NCBI RefSeq assembly: GCF_009914755.1
Contig: NC_060928.1
Direction: 5' to 3' (one strand)
From: the human T2T-CHM13v2.0 reference genome, Homo sapiens
DNA: 64,000 nucleotides
A model generated the notes under the pieces. It saw only the letters and a list, made by a program, of their open reading frames with translations. It made no database searches and was not told the origin of the DNA. This document shows positions 11,780-23,804 of the stretch, in pieces (position 1 is the stretch's first letter; each line of letters starts with the position of its first letter). The translations under genes and the position numbers were made by a program.

Positions 11780-12680
11780 AACGACCCTGGTAAGAATGGA
11801 GATCATGACTGGCTAATTAGTACAAGACATCTGCGAGCCTACCTGGGTTCGCACATGCTCGTCACTCTCACCCCCAGCCCCCAGCCAGCCTCATCTCTGA
11901 GGCTGCAGCAGTTGGGGCAGATCATCATTCCTGAAGGACAGCATCCAGTTTGCTTCTGTTTTCCCCTTTCCTAGAGCACTAGACTGATTCTGGGAGACTG
12001 AAGGTCTAATTTCTTCTAGCCACTGGGACAGCGAAACAGAAAGCAACTCTGTAGAAAGGGTCAACAGACCCGCTGGCACAGCAAGGAAACGTGTGTTTTT
12101 CGGGGTCAGGGAGAAGGAAAGCAGAGCTGTGAGGGTTTCCAGGCCAGAGGTTTTCAGGAGCCCAGGGTCAGTCATTCTACGATTCTGATTGTTTGTTCAG
12201 AATGAAACTCTCAGCCCTCAGAGGCTTTGCTGATCTTGCAAAGAGACCCAAGAGACATTTGTGTTCCCAACTTTGACCTCCACATGATTTCCCTCCTCTT
12301 TGGTGCACTTCTTTTCTTTGGAGGGCACTGGATTTTGTTCTTCGAAGCACAAAATTTTGCCCTTCTCCACGGTGGCTAAGGAGGTAAGGTCGCAGGAAAT
12401 CCTCCACACACACAGAAAAGCCCAAGTGCATTTCCTGCACAAAAAGAAGCCCCCCGACTTTGCTGCAATGTGCCAGGGGGCTTGGTGAGGGACATGCACA
12501 CGCACAGGCACACGCGACTGCATTACCAGTGAACAGGCCCGCAGGCATGCGAATGGAAGCAAGCAACAGAGCTCCTCCACCGAGGGGAATTCTCAACTTG
12601 CTGTTTACTATTTTAAGCACTTCTGCAAAAGAATGTGAGAGGCGGCAAAGGTCAGGGTTGTGAGCTGTCCATTACCGTTC
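11780..12680. promoter_or_regulatory. Candidate enhancer/promoter (CpG-enriched unique sequence)
   Basis: About 20 CpGs by hand count in non-repeat DNA. kB-like GGGAATTCTC (12585-12594), forkhead TGTTTAC (12602-12608), DR1-like GCGGCAAAGGTCA (12642-12654), ETS GGAA cores. Confidence 0.5.
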
Positions 12681-13101
12681 ATGGCTCAAAGTCTTGACAA
12701 GACATGGGAAAATTACAGAATTAATTTTGATGAAACAGAGGTAGATCAAAAGGGAAATGACAAAGAAGCATGATTTGACAATATGTTTAAATATATTGTT
12801 CATCGACTCTCAATACAGAGGGCTGCAAAAAGAGAATCAGAGCACAATGCATCCAAATACTTTAATCACTTGGGACAATAATGTTAAAACAGAGGTAAAC
12901 ATTATTAGCAAAAGGTTCATTGTTGGTTAAAAGAGTCTACATTTGGGATTTGTTTCTGTTGTTCATACGAGCACGTTTTCTCTAGCAACACAAAGCATGG
13001 AACTTCATTTTCCGATATATTTAGAACTGTTTACAGTATGTTTCCAAAAATATAAACCCAAAATATATCAGATCTCAAGTCAGAATTTTCCTAGGCATCA
13101 G

Positions 13102-13133
<32 letters not shown>

Positions 13134-15754
13134 TTCTCAAAAACAACAGATTGGCATCTGTTTGACAGTATAGGCAAAATCTTGAGTGGAAAATAAAGCT
13201 CATGCATCCACAGCAAACGTAAATTCATACAAAAATCCAGAGTGGTGAATAGTCTTGAAGTATTGTGGAGATGGGAAGGAGAGAGAGAGGGAGAGAGGGA
13301 GAGAGGAAGAAAAAGTGGGAAGCAGAAGCATGGGTTTTAGAAATCTTCAGACTAAGCTTGATTCCTGGACTCCCTACATGCTCTGCAGCAACTACCAGCA
13401 AGTTCACTCCCCTCAAACTCCAGATTCCTCTCTGTGATAATGGAGAGCATGATATTCTATGAGAGATAAAGGTTTAAACCTAGTATGTAGCAGTCACTCA
13501 GGAGATATGAGATTCTTCCTTTCTTCCTTCAGAATGGCTTTGGATAAGCAACACTGGATTCTCTTTCTAAGGTCCTGAACTTCAATTTGTGGAGGTAGAG
13601 CAGTCACAAGCAAGAAGGCAGAAGTGAACTAATGAGTAAAAAATGAGGCAAAAGGAAAGCAATCCTGGGAAATGGAAATTCTCTGTCACTAAAAAAATGT
13701 AATAAACATTTAGTTCTGTTTTCTTACAGCAGGAAGAGCAAATGCAAATGCATCGAGAGCCTACTAAGGAGGCCCTTGCAACAATGATGAATTACTGCAG
13801 GAAGCATCTGTCCCTTCCCCACCCAGGACAACATCTTAATAACCAGCATGTTCATGATTTAAGTAAAGGTTTAGACTCAGAACACTCATTTGGTCATCTG
13901 ACTTTGGTTTAGGGCCAGGATTCCCAATATTCAGAAATATGAGACTAAGCCCTTTTGCAGTGTCAAAAATGTCACTGTACCACCTCTTCCCAACATGGTA
14001 TGAGCTGCCTTTTAGTGTCCATTGAGAAAGTTCATAATCACAAAAAGACTGAATTTGTATTATACTTAACCTCATATATTTGAAAAATTACATTTGAAAA
14101 ATTACCATGACATTTGTCTGTAAGATATTATTTATCCCACCAATAGAGGACACTTCGAGCAAATACAGCTTTCCAGATCCATTACAACAATATCGTAGAC
14201 ACTCTCCCTCCTAGAGGTACAAAGCCCACAGGGGGAAAACCCCTGAGGGGAATGAGTCTCTTGCTTTTTGTAAAAATCTCCATCAAGAAACTTCAAGATG
14301 AATAATGATTTGGTCAATTTTGAAGCACAGGTTTAAAAATAGGAAAACAGAGAGAACATCCACATACTGAGAATAAATTTATTGCTAATGTTATTAATAA
14401 GCCAAACTTTTTGTAAGGCCAATGTGTAGATTGATTCTAAAGAGCCCCCATTCCATTATCTCTACTCTGAAGCGCTAGAAAACAACAATGAAGAGGAACT
14501 ATTGGTTTGTTTTCTTTTCTCTTGCTTCGTCTTGTTTTTTTTGACACAACAAGTTTCCAGGTAGAAAGAACCACTGTTTTTATGAAGAACTATTGGTACA
14601 ATGACATAGCTATGTCTCAGAGTCTCTCAAGCAATAATGCTGAGTAATTTTTCTTGTTGATTATAACTGTTTTAAAAAATGGAACTCTAATTTGTTGGGT
14701 AAAATTTACATTTGCTGAAACAGGCAGCAACTCATAAACTAGTCCAGCGAAAAGTCTTTAAAATCTAGTGGCTAAAACAGAAGGAAAAACTCCAGACATT
14801 CATAAAATTATTCTGCATGATATGCTAAGAGTCTCGGAGGAGGGAAAAAAAAAAAAAAACCAAAGCAGCAGATTAAAGACACGTTTTACTACCTGAATCT
14901 CTTGAAAAATGACAAAAAATAATCCCCAGAAATATCTATCTCCAATCATCGCAGGATCCTTCCTCCCCCCAAAATAAGACAAAAATGTCATTTTTATGAG
15001 ACTACCCCCAGTGACCAGGTCTACGGTTTCAAAGCCAGTGGTGTATTACCCCACAGGTGAAAGAAAGAGGAACACATCCATTCCGTCCTGTTGGAACAGA
15101 CGTGAGCATCTGCCTTCCACGTTTGGTTATGGTATATGTCAACAAACACAGCGGCAGAGAAGGCCCTGCAAAATTATCCATCAGGGACCTGTTTACATTT
15201 GTACTGTCAATTCTAATAGGTTTTTATTGAATTAAATTCTTCTGCCCTCATTAGAATCATGATTGCCTGTCAGTGAGTATGACAGGTTTGAATTCCCACA
15301 AGGGTGTTAGACGCTCCATCTTGTATATTGCCCAGGAGGGATCAAAGACAAGGCTTGGCTGGAAATTCTACGTGTCAATCCTTGAAATTACAGCACACAT
15401 ACTTTTCTGCAAATAAGTAATTGTGCTTCACAATAAAACAACCCAGAGAATTCCTAAGGTTCTTCTGTCTTGCAGGCGTATACAACCTGGCAGGTCCTGA
15501 CAATCAGGTTGACCTGCAGCCACCCAACCTCAGCACATAAATGTAGCACCTGCTGGTTTCTCAAGTCCTCTTGGGAGTTGCTGAAGGCTATGGAGGCTTA
15601 TAAACATGGACAGTAATTTCACCTGAGACATGGTCTCAGGTGGGGCTTATTTCTAAGAATACACTTGAAAGTGTAGAGAAAATTTGAGCATTATGGAGGA
15701 CAGATAATTCTCTGCTGGATAATGGGGGAGAAGCCTCCAAAGGATGGCCACATT

Positions 15755-15932
15755 TAGTGACCACTTCCTCCGCCAAGCACGTTTTCTATCTTAACTCATT
15801 TAATAATTACAACTCAGTGAGGAATAACACTTATACCCATTTCATAAATGGAAGAAAGCAAAGCTTGGAGAGTAATGTTTCAACATCATACAGTAAGTGG
15901 CTGGGCAGGACTGAGACCTCCATCTGTGGGAC
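15755..15932 (-). mobile_element. MIR SINE
   Basis: Core CCCATTTCATAAATGGAAGAAAGCAAAGC, a diverged CCCATTTTACAGATGAGGAAACTGAGGC, plus AGTAAGTGGC. Confidence 0.7.
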
Positions 15933-18304
15933 TCTATGATGTCGCCCCTCTTCCCCCTTCTCTGGTGCCCTGAGCAGGAGGCTGGCCCTCCAGAGGTACT
16001 GAATGTGGCAGGAATCGCAAGGGCCTTTGGAGGCTCAGCAATGGCCCCTCAGCTTGGAGGAAAGATGGAACGTACAAACCATATTCCAAAGTAAAGAGAT
16101 TTCCGAACACAAATATGCTCCCCATCTGGGCCATCCCTAAAATGGATGAGCAACTCCTAAAATTGGAGTTTGTTCTTTCTTCCATAATTAAGTGGAGAGA
16201 AAGGGGGACTTTACTAGTCAATAACTTAATGTGGGAGAAAAAGAAACCTCTTTATCTTTTATCCTTAACTTCCAACCAAGTTATACAGAAATTATTCCAT
16301 ACAACTGTCTTTTTGGGGAATTTTTTTAACTAGCATCAAATTGCTGCATCCTCTAAGCCTGAAAATTTTCACATTTTACAGTTTTGCCCCACTTCCCAAA
16401 ATTTCCCAGCCTGGGTTTCTTTCAGAGATGCTGTTTTCCCTTGAGACTCTATATCTCTGGGGTCTAGAGTCCAGGCAACAATGTTCTTAATAAGCTCCCC
16501 CTGGAGATTTTGAAGCCCACCAAAGGCAGAGGCCCTAAAACAGAAAGCAAGTTAAAGTTCTGCAGTTGGATATCAGCCGGTCATGTGCTCTTTATTCGTA
16601 GAGGAAATGGAAAGGGGCTGCACTTGGATGAGATGTTATAGGAGAACCCACCTTCTCATTGCTCTTCAAATCCTTCTCCAAGGGATTTGAAATCAACTAC
16701 ATTGGAATGTCTGAAAAAAATTCCTCCTATTGAAGGTAAATGATTAACCTAGAAAGAGCAGCATATAAGAGGAGGCTTGACTTGCTCACTTGCTTACTTG
16801 TTCGCATGAAATCAGGACTTAACGTCCAGGCAGGGAAGGAGTTTCATCTGGTGACCTGCTACTGTCTGGTTATTTGCTGAAATGACTTGATTTTCAGTCA
16901 TGTCTCTTTAATGAGATAAAGCAGAAGAAAGAACTAGGTACATTCTCTTCTTCTACCTTTAGATCCTTCTTTTCTCCAGAGAAGGCTCCTCATTCCTCTT
17001 CTCTCTTTCTTCATTCTCTGCACCCCAACTTTCCTGGACAACCTGTCTGTACTGTGTCTCTAGATACTTCCTTCTGTTTTGACTTTTTTTTCCTTTCCTG
17101 TCAGACTTGAGGATGCCTTCTGTTCTAACATCACTCCTTCTCTGCCACTCACAGGCTCACGGTTTGGTACCCAAGCTGTTTTCTGTTCCCTGGCAGCTAG
17201 CCTCACATTCCATTCTGCCACAGGATTTAGCTCTAAGTCAGGCAGTAAATGGGCTCTTTACAAATCTAGCTTAATTTAAAGAACTCTCTTCCTGAGCTGC
17301 ATTTCTGGGGACATTTTTCAAGGGTGTTAGCAATGAGGCTATATGCACTTGCTTGTACAACAGCAGATTGGCTGCTGTTTCTGTCACTCTGAGAGACCAA
17401 CATTAAGGCTCAAATTAACTAGCAAGTGTAAACCACAGGAACCAAGAGAATGATTTCACAGACTTATTTTTTTCTCCTCTCTATTTGTATAATTTTAGCA
17501 ACTAGGGCATGAAGTGTGCAGGGCCCAGTGTCAGTGTGGTGGAAGCAGCAGGGGAATGATGAGTTGATGAGCTTGGGGGCACAGTGAGGCTGGAGGATGA
17601 GGGAGATTGGAAGTCATTGATTATGACTCCATAGCTCTATCTGAATGACTAAGATTTGTGGAAACTCAGTCCTTGTCTTTCATTCTTAGTGCGAGATACT
17701 TCATGCTCCTATCCCTTTCTTGTTGTATCTAGTTTGGACCATATATATTTGGTTCATGAGGCCATTTTTTAAAAAGCTCATTTTCATAGACAAACTGTCA
17801 ATTGGTCTTATATGTGCATTAAATCACTGAACAACTTTGAAAAATCTATGCTAAACAGAGCATGTGCCTTACAGGCTGTGGGACACTAAGTGGGTGGCAG
17901 CACCCTTGCAGAAGTCCACGGGTCATGACACTAAAACATATGGTGAAGGTACGCCCAGCTAACTCATTTTACTTTGACAGAATGCAGTTTTCATTGGGAT
18001 TAAGATCTCTTACCACCTGTGTGTGGAGAGTGCAGGACAAGAAACCATAGCTGAATAGGTAAAATTCCATTCTCCTGTCCCTTCGCAGACGCTAATGAGG
18101 AGTGACATCACCAAGATGCAGTAGCAGAGGGGCATGGTGAGAAACAAGAGGGCTTGGTGGGATATAATGGAAAAACTACGTTAATACCAGGGGACTAAAT
18201 GTGCAAGGCAGCCCTGCTGTGTGGCAGTGCGACGGTCAAGCCCCACCAGAAACAAACAAACAAAAATCACCTCTCTGTTGGCATCGCAGGTACAATCTAG
18301 TCTT

Positions 18305-18500
18305 TCACTGCCCAGTATAGTCTCCACTGGGCCATAGGTAATTTTAACTTTAAATTAGTTTCAATTAAAATTTCATTTCCTCCATCGCACTGGCCACATT
18401 TCTAGTGCTAATAGCCACATTTGGTCACTGCCTGCCACACCGGACAGGGCAGTTACAGAACATCTCTATCATCACAGAACATTCTATTGGACTGTGCTGC
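18305..18500 (-). mobile_element. MER3 hAT-Charlie DNA transposon
   Basis: GCACTGGCCACATTTCTAGTGCTAATAGCCACAT..ACAGAACATCTCTATCATCACAGAACATTCTATTGGACTGTGCTG matches antisense MER3. Confidence 0.8.
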
Positions 18501-19211
18501 TCTAGCATGTTCTGCTCTAAGACATGCTCTGACCTGTAGCTTCAATGGGTAGACATTCTTGAGCCAAAAGAAAGCCTTAAAAAGTCATGTGCAAGGGAGA
18601 AAGCTTCCATTACACACGGAACGGAGCAGCCTGCTGGGGACAGGAGAGACACAAGTAGTCTGGCAGCTTCCAAAATAAGCGCTGAGAACTCTTCACAAAT
18701 GCAGCCCAAGAGGATACAGAGATGGGATCATCTCCTTCCAAAATCGACTGCTCCTCTCCCTCTGCCGGAGGGTTCAGCTGAGAGCAGCGAGTTGAGGAGC
18801 AATTCCTCATGTAAATTAAATGGAAAGGAAGGGCTATCCTGGCACTCAAGGATTTGGAAGCCAATAGCACCAACATGATTAAATAATTGAACTGTCTCAC
18901 CTTGCCCAGTCAAGCTGGATTCCAACGAGGGTAATTAATCTTCATGTGCCTGTTATTCCCTGCCCTGCTCCTGTTCAAAGTCAAGTTTCTCAACCTGACT
19001 GTTTCTTGCAAGAGAAGAAAAGGGAGGAGAAAGCAAAATAGGAGGGCTTCCTCATAGAAGGGCATTAGTACCGAGAAATCTTCAAGTCTAGTCTTAGTGA
19101 AACTCCCCTAAAAAGGCAGCATTAATGCTGTAATTGTATGCAACGTTACATGCACATTTCAGAGAAACGAAAATATTTAGGGTTTATAGTTGTTCTTAAA
19201 GATTAGATATG

Positions 19212-19538
<327 letters not shown>

Positions 19539-19714
19539 TCAAGAAACTCTCGGTCATTTTACTTCCACTACCCCCAGAAATAAAAGAGACAGTGACTGAG
19601 ACAGGCAAGGAGGCCAAGTAAATGTCCCCAGCCTTACCTTAGTTCCCAAGTTAATCATTGCTCAAACGCAAAGCCCAGGTAGGGGAAGGAGGAGCTGGTC
19701 ATAACATGTGTTTA

Positions 19715-19842
19715 AATTCATTAATTCACTCAACAAACATTAATTGAGTGCCTGCCATGCCAGGCACAGTTCTAGGAGCTTGATGTATCATCTCTGAACA
19801 AACAGACATGATCCCCGGACTGGCGGAAATCACATTCCTAAC
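19715..19842 (-). mobile_element. L2 3' end
   Basis: ATTCACTCAACAAACATTAATTGAGTGCCTGCCATGCCAGGCACAGTTCTAGG. Confidence 0.8.
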
Positions 19843-20521
19843 ACTCATACTTGGGTCTTTCATTCAACCACACTTTATCCATTAATCATATGAGTCAATT
19901 TTAAAAATACAAAATTTTAGCATATATTTATTTTGCATCACTTTCTATAATATGATAGCTTGACTCCTATAAAAGTGTTTGTGAGGGTGCATTAAAAATA
20001 ACTATAATCCCCAGGAACTTCCCAGAACCATGCACACTGTGAACCTGGTTTTACACCAAGAAGGAGAGAGCTTTCCAGCCAGGATCTATACACGTCCACC
20101 CAGCTCCACAAAATGATCAGCCAATAGCAAGGTGCAGCCAGCTGTTGGGCCTATCTCTGCTCTGAAAGAAGTAGATACAGGACAGTAGTTGTTTGACACA
20201 AAGACAAGGACAAGTGAGATGAGATGAGAGAAGCAAACAAAAAGTAAGAAAAATGAAAAATAATCTCACTGAATCATCCACCACCCCTAAGTATGTATTA
20301 ATGGACCGATAAAGTATGCCCTGGAGAGTCTTAATACTACAATATTAAAACCCGTGTACCAAGAAAAGCAAAGACGGCACTTTATAACAAAGAGAGTTTG
20401 GGTTCTGTGTTGTTGGTTTTCTGGTTCTTGCTAATGTTCTGGTTTTTAGCTTTGCTCACTTAGATGTTATTTTCCTTTAAAGGGCTGCTAGCCACAGAGA
20501 CCGTTTTCCAAACAAAGTGCA

Positions 20522-20541
20522 ATGCTGCCCCCTGGTGGTCG
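20522..20541 (-). promoter_or_regulatory. CTCF binding motif (reverse orientation)
   Basis: + strand ATGCTGCCCCCTGGTGGTCG reads CGACCACCAGGGGGCAGCAT on the minus strand, a near-perfect CCACYAGRKGGCRGC core in unique DNA. Confidence 0.8.
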
Positions 20542-21167
20542 AATAGTGTGAGAGCACCTGTAGAAATCGGGCATCTCTCCTAGTTCTGCCTAGATTTCGT
20601 TTTGCTATCTTTTCATCCTCTGGAGTGCAAATATTTCTCCCTTAAAGATTCTCAGCACAGAGATATTTTCTGGATCACCTGTTTCACACACTAATCAACA
20701 GAGCATTTTATCCTAAAATATGAACTGTGTGCTGATTACAAAACAAGCCGTGGTGGTGAGTTAATTTTGCTTATAAAAATTAAGCAATCTCCCTGGAGGA
20801 AGCCCAGAAATCAATCCTATTTCATATAACCTTTAGAATTCTGATTGGAATTCTCACTGGAAAGACATTTACTGAGAACTCAAGCTCAAGGAAATCAATG
20901 CCTGGGTCTAACAGACATTCCACTCCCAGACAAATGTATTTGATTTCAGATCATCCTTCAGTCTTTGTACTGGGAATAAACCTAAGACCAAAAGCTCTGA
21001 AAATAACAATGCAGGCGATACACCGCACTCTCAGAAGCCTCCTTCCCGAAATGCATGAAAACACAACAACTAGCTTAGAGAAAATTATATCAAATGAAAA
21101 CACGTGGGGAGGGGTTGGCCGTAGAGCTAATCAGGACATAATTAGCTGAGAAGTCCAGGCATATGAT

Positions 21168-21350
21168 CTAGTTTTCTGCAAACCATGATCCCTACCACCT
21201 GCATCAGGGTAACTTGGGAGTTTGTTAAAAAGGCAAATTTGGAGACTCCACCCAAATCTATTGAATTCAAAACTCTGGGGATAGGACCCAGAATTCTGCA
21301 TTTTCCAGGCTCCTCGGGTAATGTGCACACTGAATTTTGAGAGCCATTGA
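21168..21350. mobile_element. MER5A DNA transposon
   Basis: GCATCAG..ACTTGGGAGTTTGTTAAAAAGGCAAATT..GAATTCAAAACTCTGGGGATAGGACCCAGAATTCTGCATTTT..TTTGAGAGCCATTG. Confidence 0.8.
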
Positions 21351-21740
21351 GTAACACTTAATAAAATTTTAAATTTCCATTGAGAAGATTTCCTATTCAG
21401 AACTTCTCAAACATTATAAAGCTATAAAAAATAAACATATCAATTAATGCTTTTCCTTGATTTTCTCCAAAATTAAAAGGATATTTCTGATAATGGAAAG
21501 GCCCTGCCCAACCAATAAACAATGATCACAGCCAACCAAAATCAAGAGTATCACTTGTAATTGCTGATGATAATTTCTAATTGTACTTGTTACCGCAAAG
21601 CCATTCCTTTGAAAGCCCCATCAGTAAGTAGCATGAAGTGATTCATTAAACAGAAGCATCCACTAAATCAGAGGAGAAGACAGCCTTAAGATTACTACAC
21701 AGATTTCTGCCCTCACAAGAACAACCTGACTAAAACAAGC

Positions 21741-21877
21741 AAAAGAGAGAAAGAGAGAAAAAGAGAGAGAGAAAGAAAGAAGAAAGAAAGAAACAAGGAA
21801 GGAAGGAAGGAAAGAAGGAAGAAAGAGAAAGAAAAGAAAAAGAAAAGAAAGAGAAAGAAAGAAAAGAAAGAAAGAAA

Positions 21878-21925
<48 letters not shown>

Positions 21926-21947
21926 AAAGAAAAGAAAAGAAAGAAAG
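21741..21947 (+). repeat. Compound purine microsatellite (GA/GGAA/GAAAA/GAAA)n
   Basis: About 200 bp of almost pure A/G, including a long uninterrupted (AAAG)n block. Confidence 0.97.
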
Positions 21948-22239
21948 CAACAAAAAAATGCAAGCAACTAACATTTCCCTGTTTTTCACCTCTTCTAAAC
22001 TGCATGGCTGTTCTTGGTGCTGCCTCCTGCTCCCCTCCCTCTCCTGGACCATGATTCCTGCCTCTCTCTATCATCATTTTATAGCCACTTGTCATCGGGT
22101 CCCGTTCCAGGCTGTGGTGAGAATGGTGTGTGCTCTGGTCTTGCCAAGCCCAGGCAGAGGTGCCAGCACAGTCAGCTGCCTCCACACAGGCTACAGCCGT
22201 TGAGCAGATGCCAGCACCAACAGGTTGCATTTCATTGTT

Positions 22240-22510
22240 CCCCTTTATCGCCTGAATGCACCACAGGAGGAGAGGGCGCGGGATGGAGAAAGGCTTGTGT
22301 TTCTGCCTAAAGGAATCGGCATGCGGCTTAAAGAGGGTCTGCCTGCTCCGCTTGATCCACCCAGCATCCCTCAGTCACCAGCAGAAAGAGAAAGAGAAGC
22401 AGATCCCGAAGGTTTCACAACCTACACACGTGGAGGGCAGCGCCTCCGCTCCACCAGGCCGGGATCTCCCGAGACACCTTTGAAATCTCCCTCCCTCCTA
22501 CACCACAGGG
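22240..22510. promoter_or_regulatory. Small CpG-rich island, candidate promoter/enhancer
   Basis: About 12 CpGs in about 230 bp (hand count), E-box CACGTG (22427-22432), kB-like GGGATCTCCC (22461-22470). Confidence 0.5.
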
Positions 22511-23321
22511 GAATCAGGTTACAGTGGAAATCTAGAAATGCCCCAATGGTCAAGCTGATGACCAAGAGCAATTTCGGCAAGGGAAGATCTGAAAGCACAA
22601 ATGACATCAGGAAGAGAGGGAGGGATACCTGGACCGTGTCAGGTCTGTTTGTTCTGGGAGAGAGATCGAACATTACAAAGCATCCTTTAACTTAATATGG
22701 AATTTCAATACATCTCTGAAAGTGGGCTTTAAGTCAACACCGCCCACTGACAGCAAAAAGGAGGCTGAGGCAAGAATTTACCTCTGAGATTGGCTCTTGG
22801 TGTTTATGTCTGGCTGCAAAGAGAAGCAAATTGCAAATGTAATGATAAAATAGCTTAGAAGAGAAGGATTTTTTAATGAATTACAATAAATATATATTAA
22901 TCCAAGTGTGCTCCCAAAGGCAGGATTTAAATTTTCCTAAATCAGCTAATATCTTAGTCAATTCTCCTCCGCTTGTATCTGGCCCATGTCACATGTTAAA
23001 ATCTATACCACTTTATATCTCTCCTTAATTGCTCCATGTGGATAACTTGCATTTAAAACCAGTCCTCTTTGCCACTTGACCTTTAAAAGAAGATTAGAAA
23101 GTAAATTTTTCATCCAAACGAAGCTACCGTACTTCCATACACACGAAATAAATCACAAACCATACGGTTGAATAGGAATTCAATTAATGTTTTTGCCGTT
23201 TTCAAGCCCGTATGGAACTGAAAACAACTGTTTCAAAGAAAAAATAAAAAGCATCCAAAAGTGTACTGGTGTTGCTCATTCATAAAAACTGATCTTCTAG
23301 TCTACTTTTGCCTTTTGTTCC

Positions 23322-23804
23322 TGTGGTAGAGAAAATAACGGCCTCCCTAAAGATGTAGGCATGCTAATCCCTGGAACCTGTGAATATGTTGCCTTACATG
23401 GCATAAGGACTTTACGAGTGTGATTAAGGTAAGGACCTTGAGATGAGGAGATTATCCTGGATTATATATGTGAGTTTAATAGTAATCACAAGGGTCCTTC
23501 TAAAATGAAGGCAGGAGACTCAGTCAGAGAAGGAGAGGCCATGACAGGAGCAGAAGTAGGAACAGGGCCATTGCTGGCTTTCAAGATAGAAGCAGTCTCC
23601 CCTAAGGGATCTGAACAGCCACTAGAAGGTGGAAATGGCAAAGAAACAGATTCTCCTCTAGAGCCCCAGAAGGAACAGCCCTGTTGACAACTTGATTTTA
23701 GCAAGTTAAGTTCCATTGTGGACTTTGGACCTCCAAAACCATAAGATAATAAATCTGTGTTGTTTTAAACCACTTTGTTACAGCAGCAAGAGAAAACTAA
23801 TACA
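23322..23804 (+). mobile_element. MLT1D MaLR solo LTR
   Basis: TGTGGTAG..CTAATCCCTGGAACCTGTGAATATGTT..GATTATCCTGGATTAT ... AATAAATCTGTGTTGTTTTAAACCAC..GAAAACTAATACA. Confidence 0.9.

Noticed and set aside
21663-22230. F/L/S-rich 'membrane protein' ORFs
   Set aside because: They are translations of the (TTTC)n strand of the purine microsatellite.
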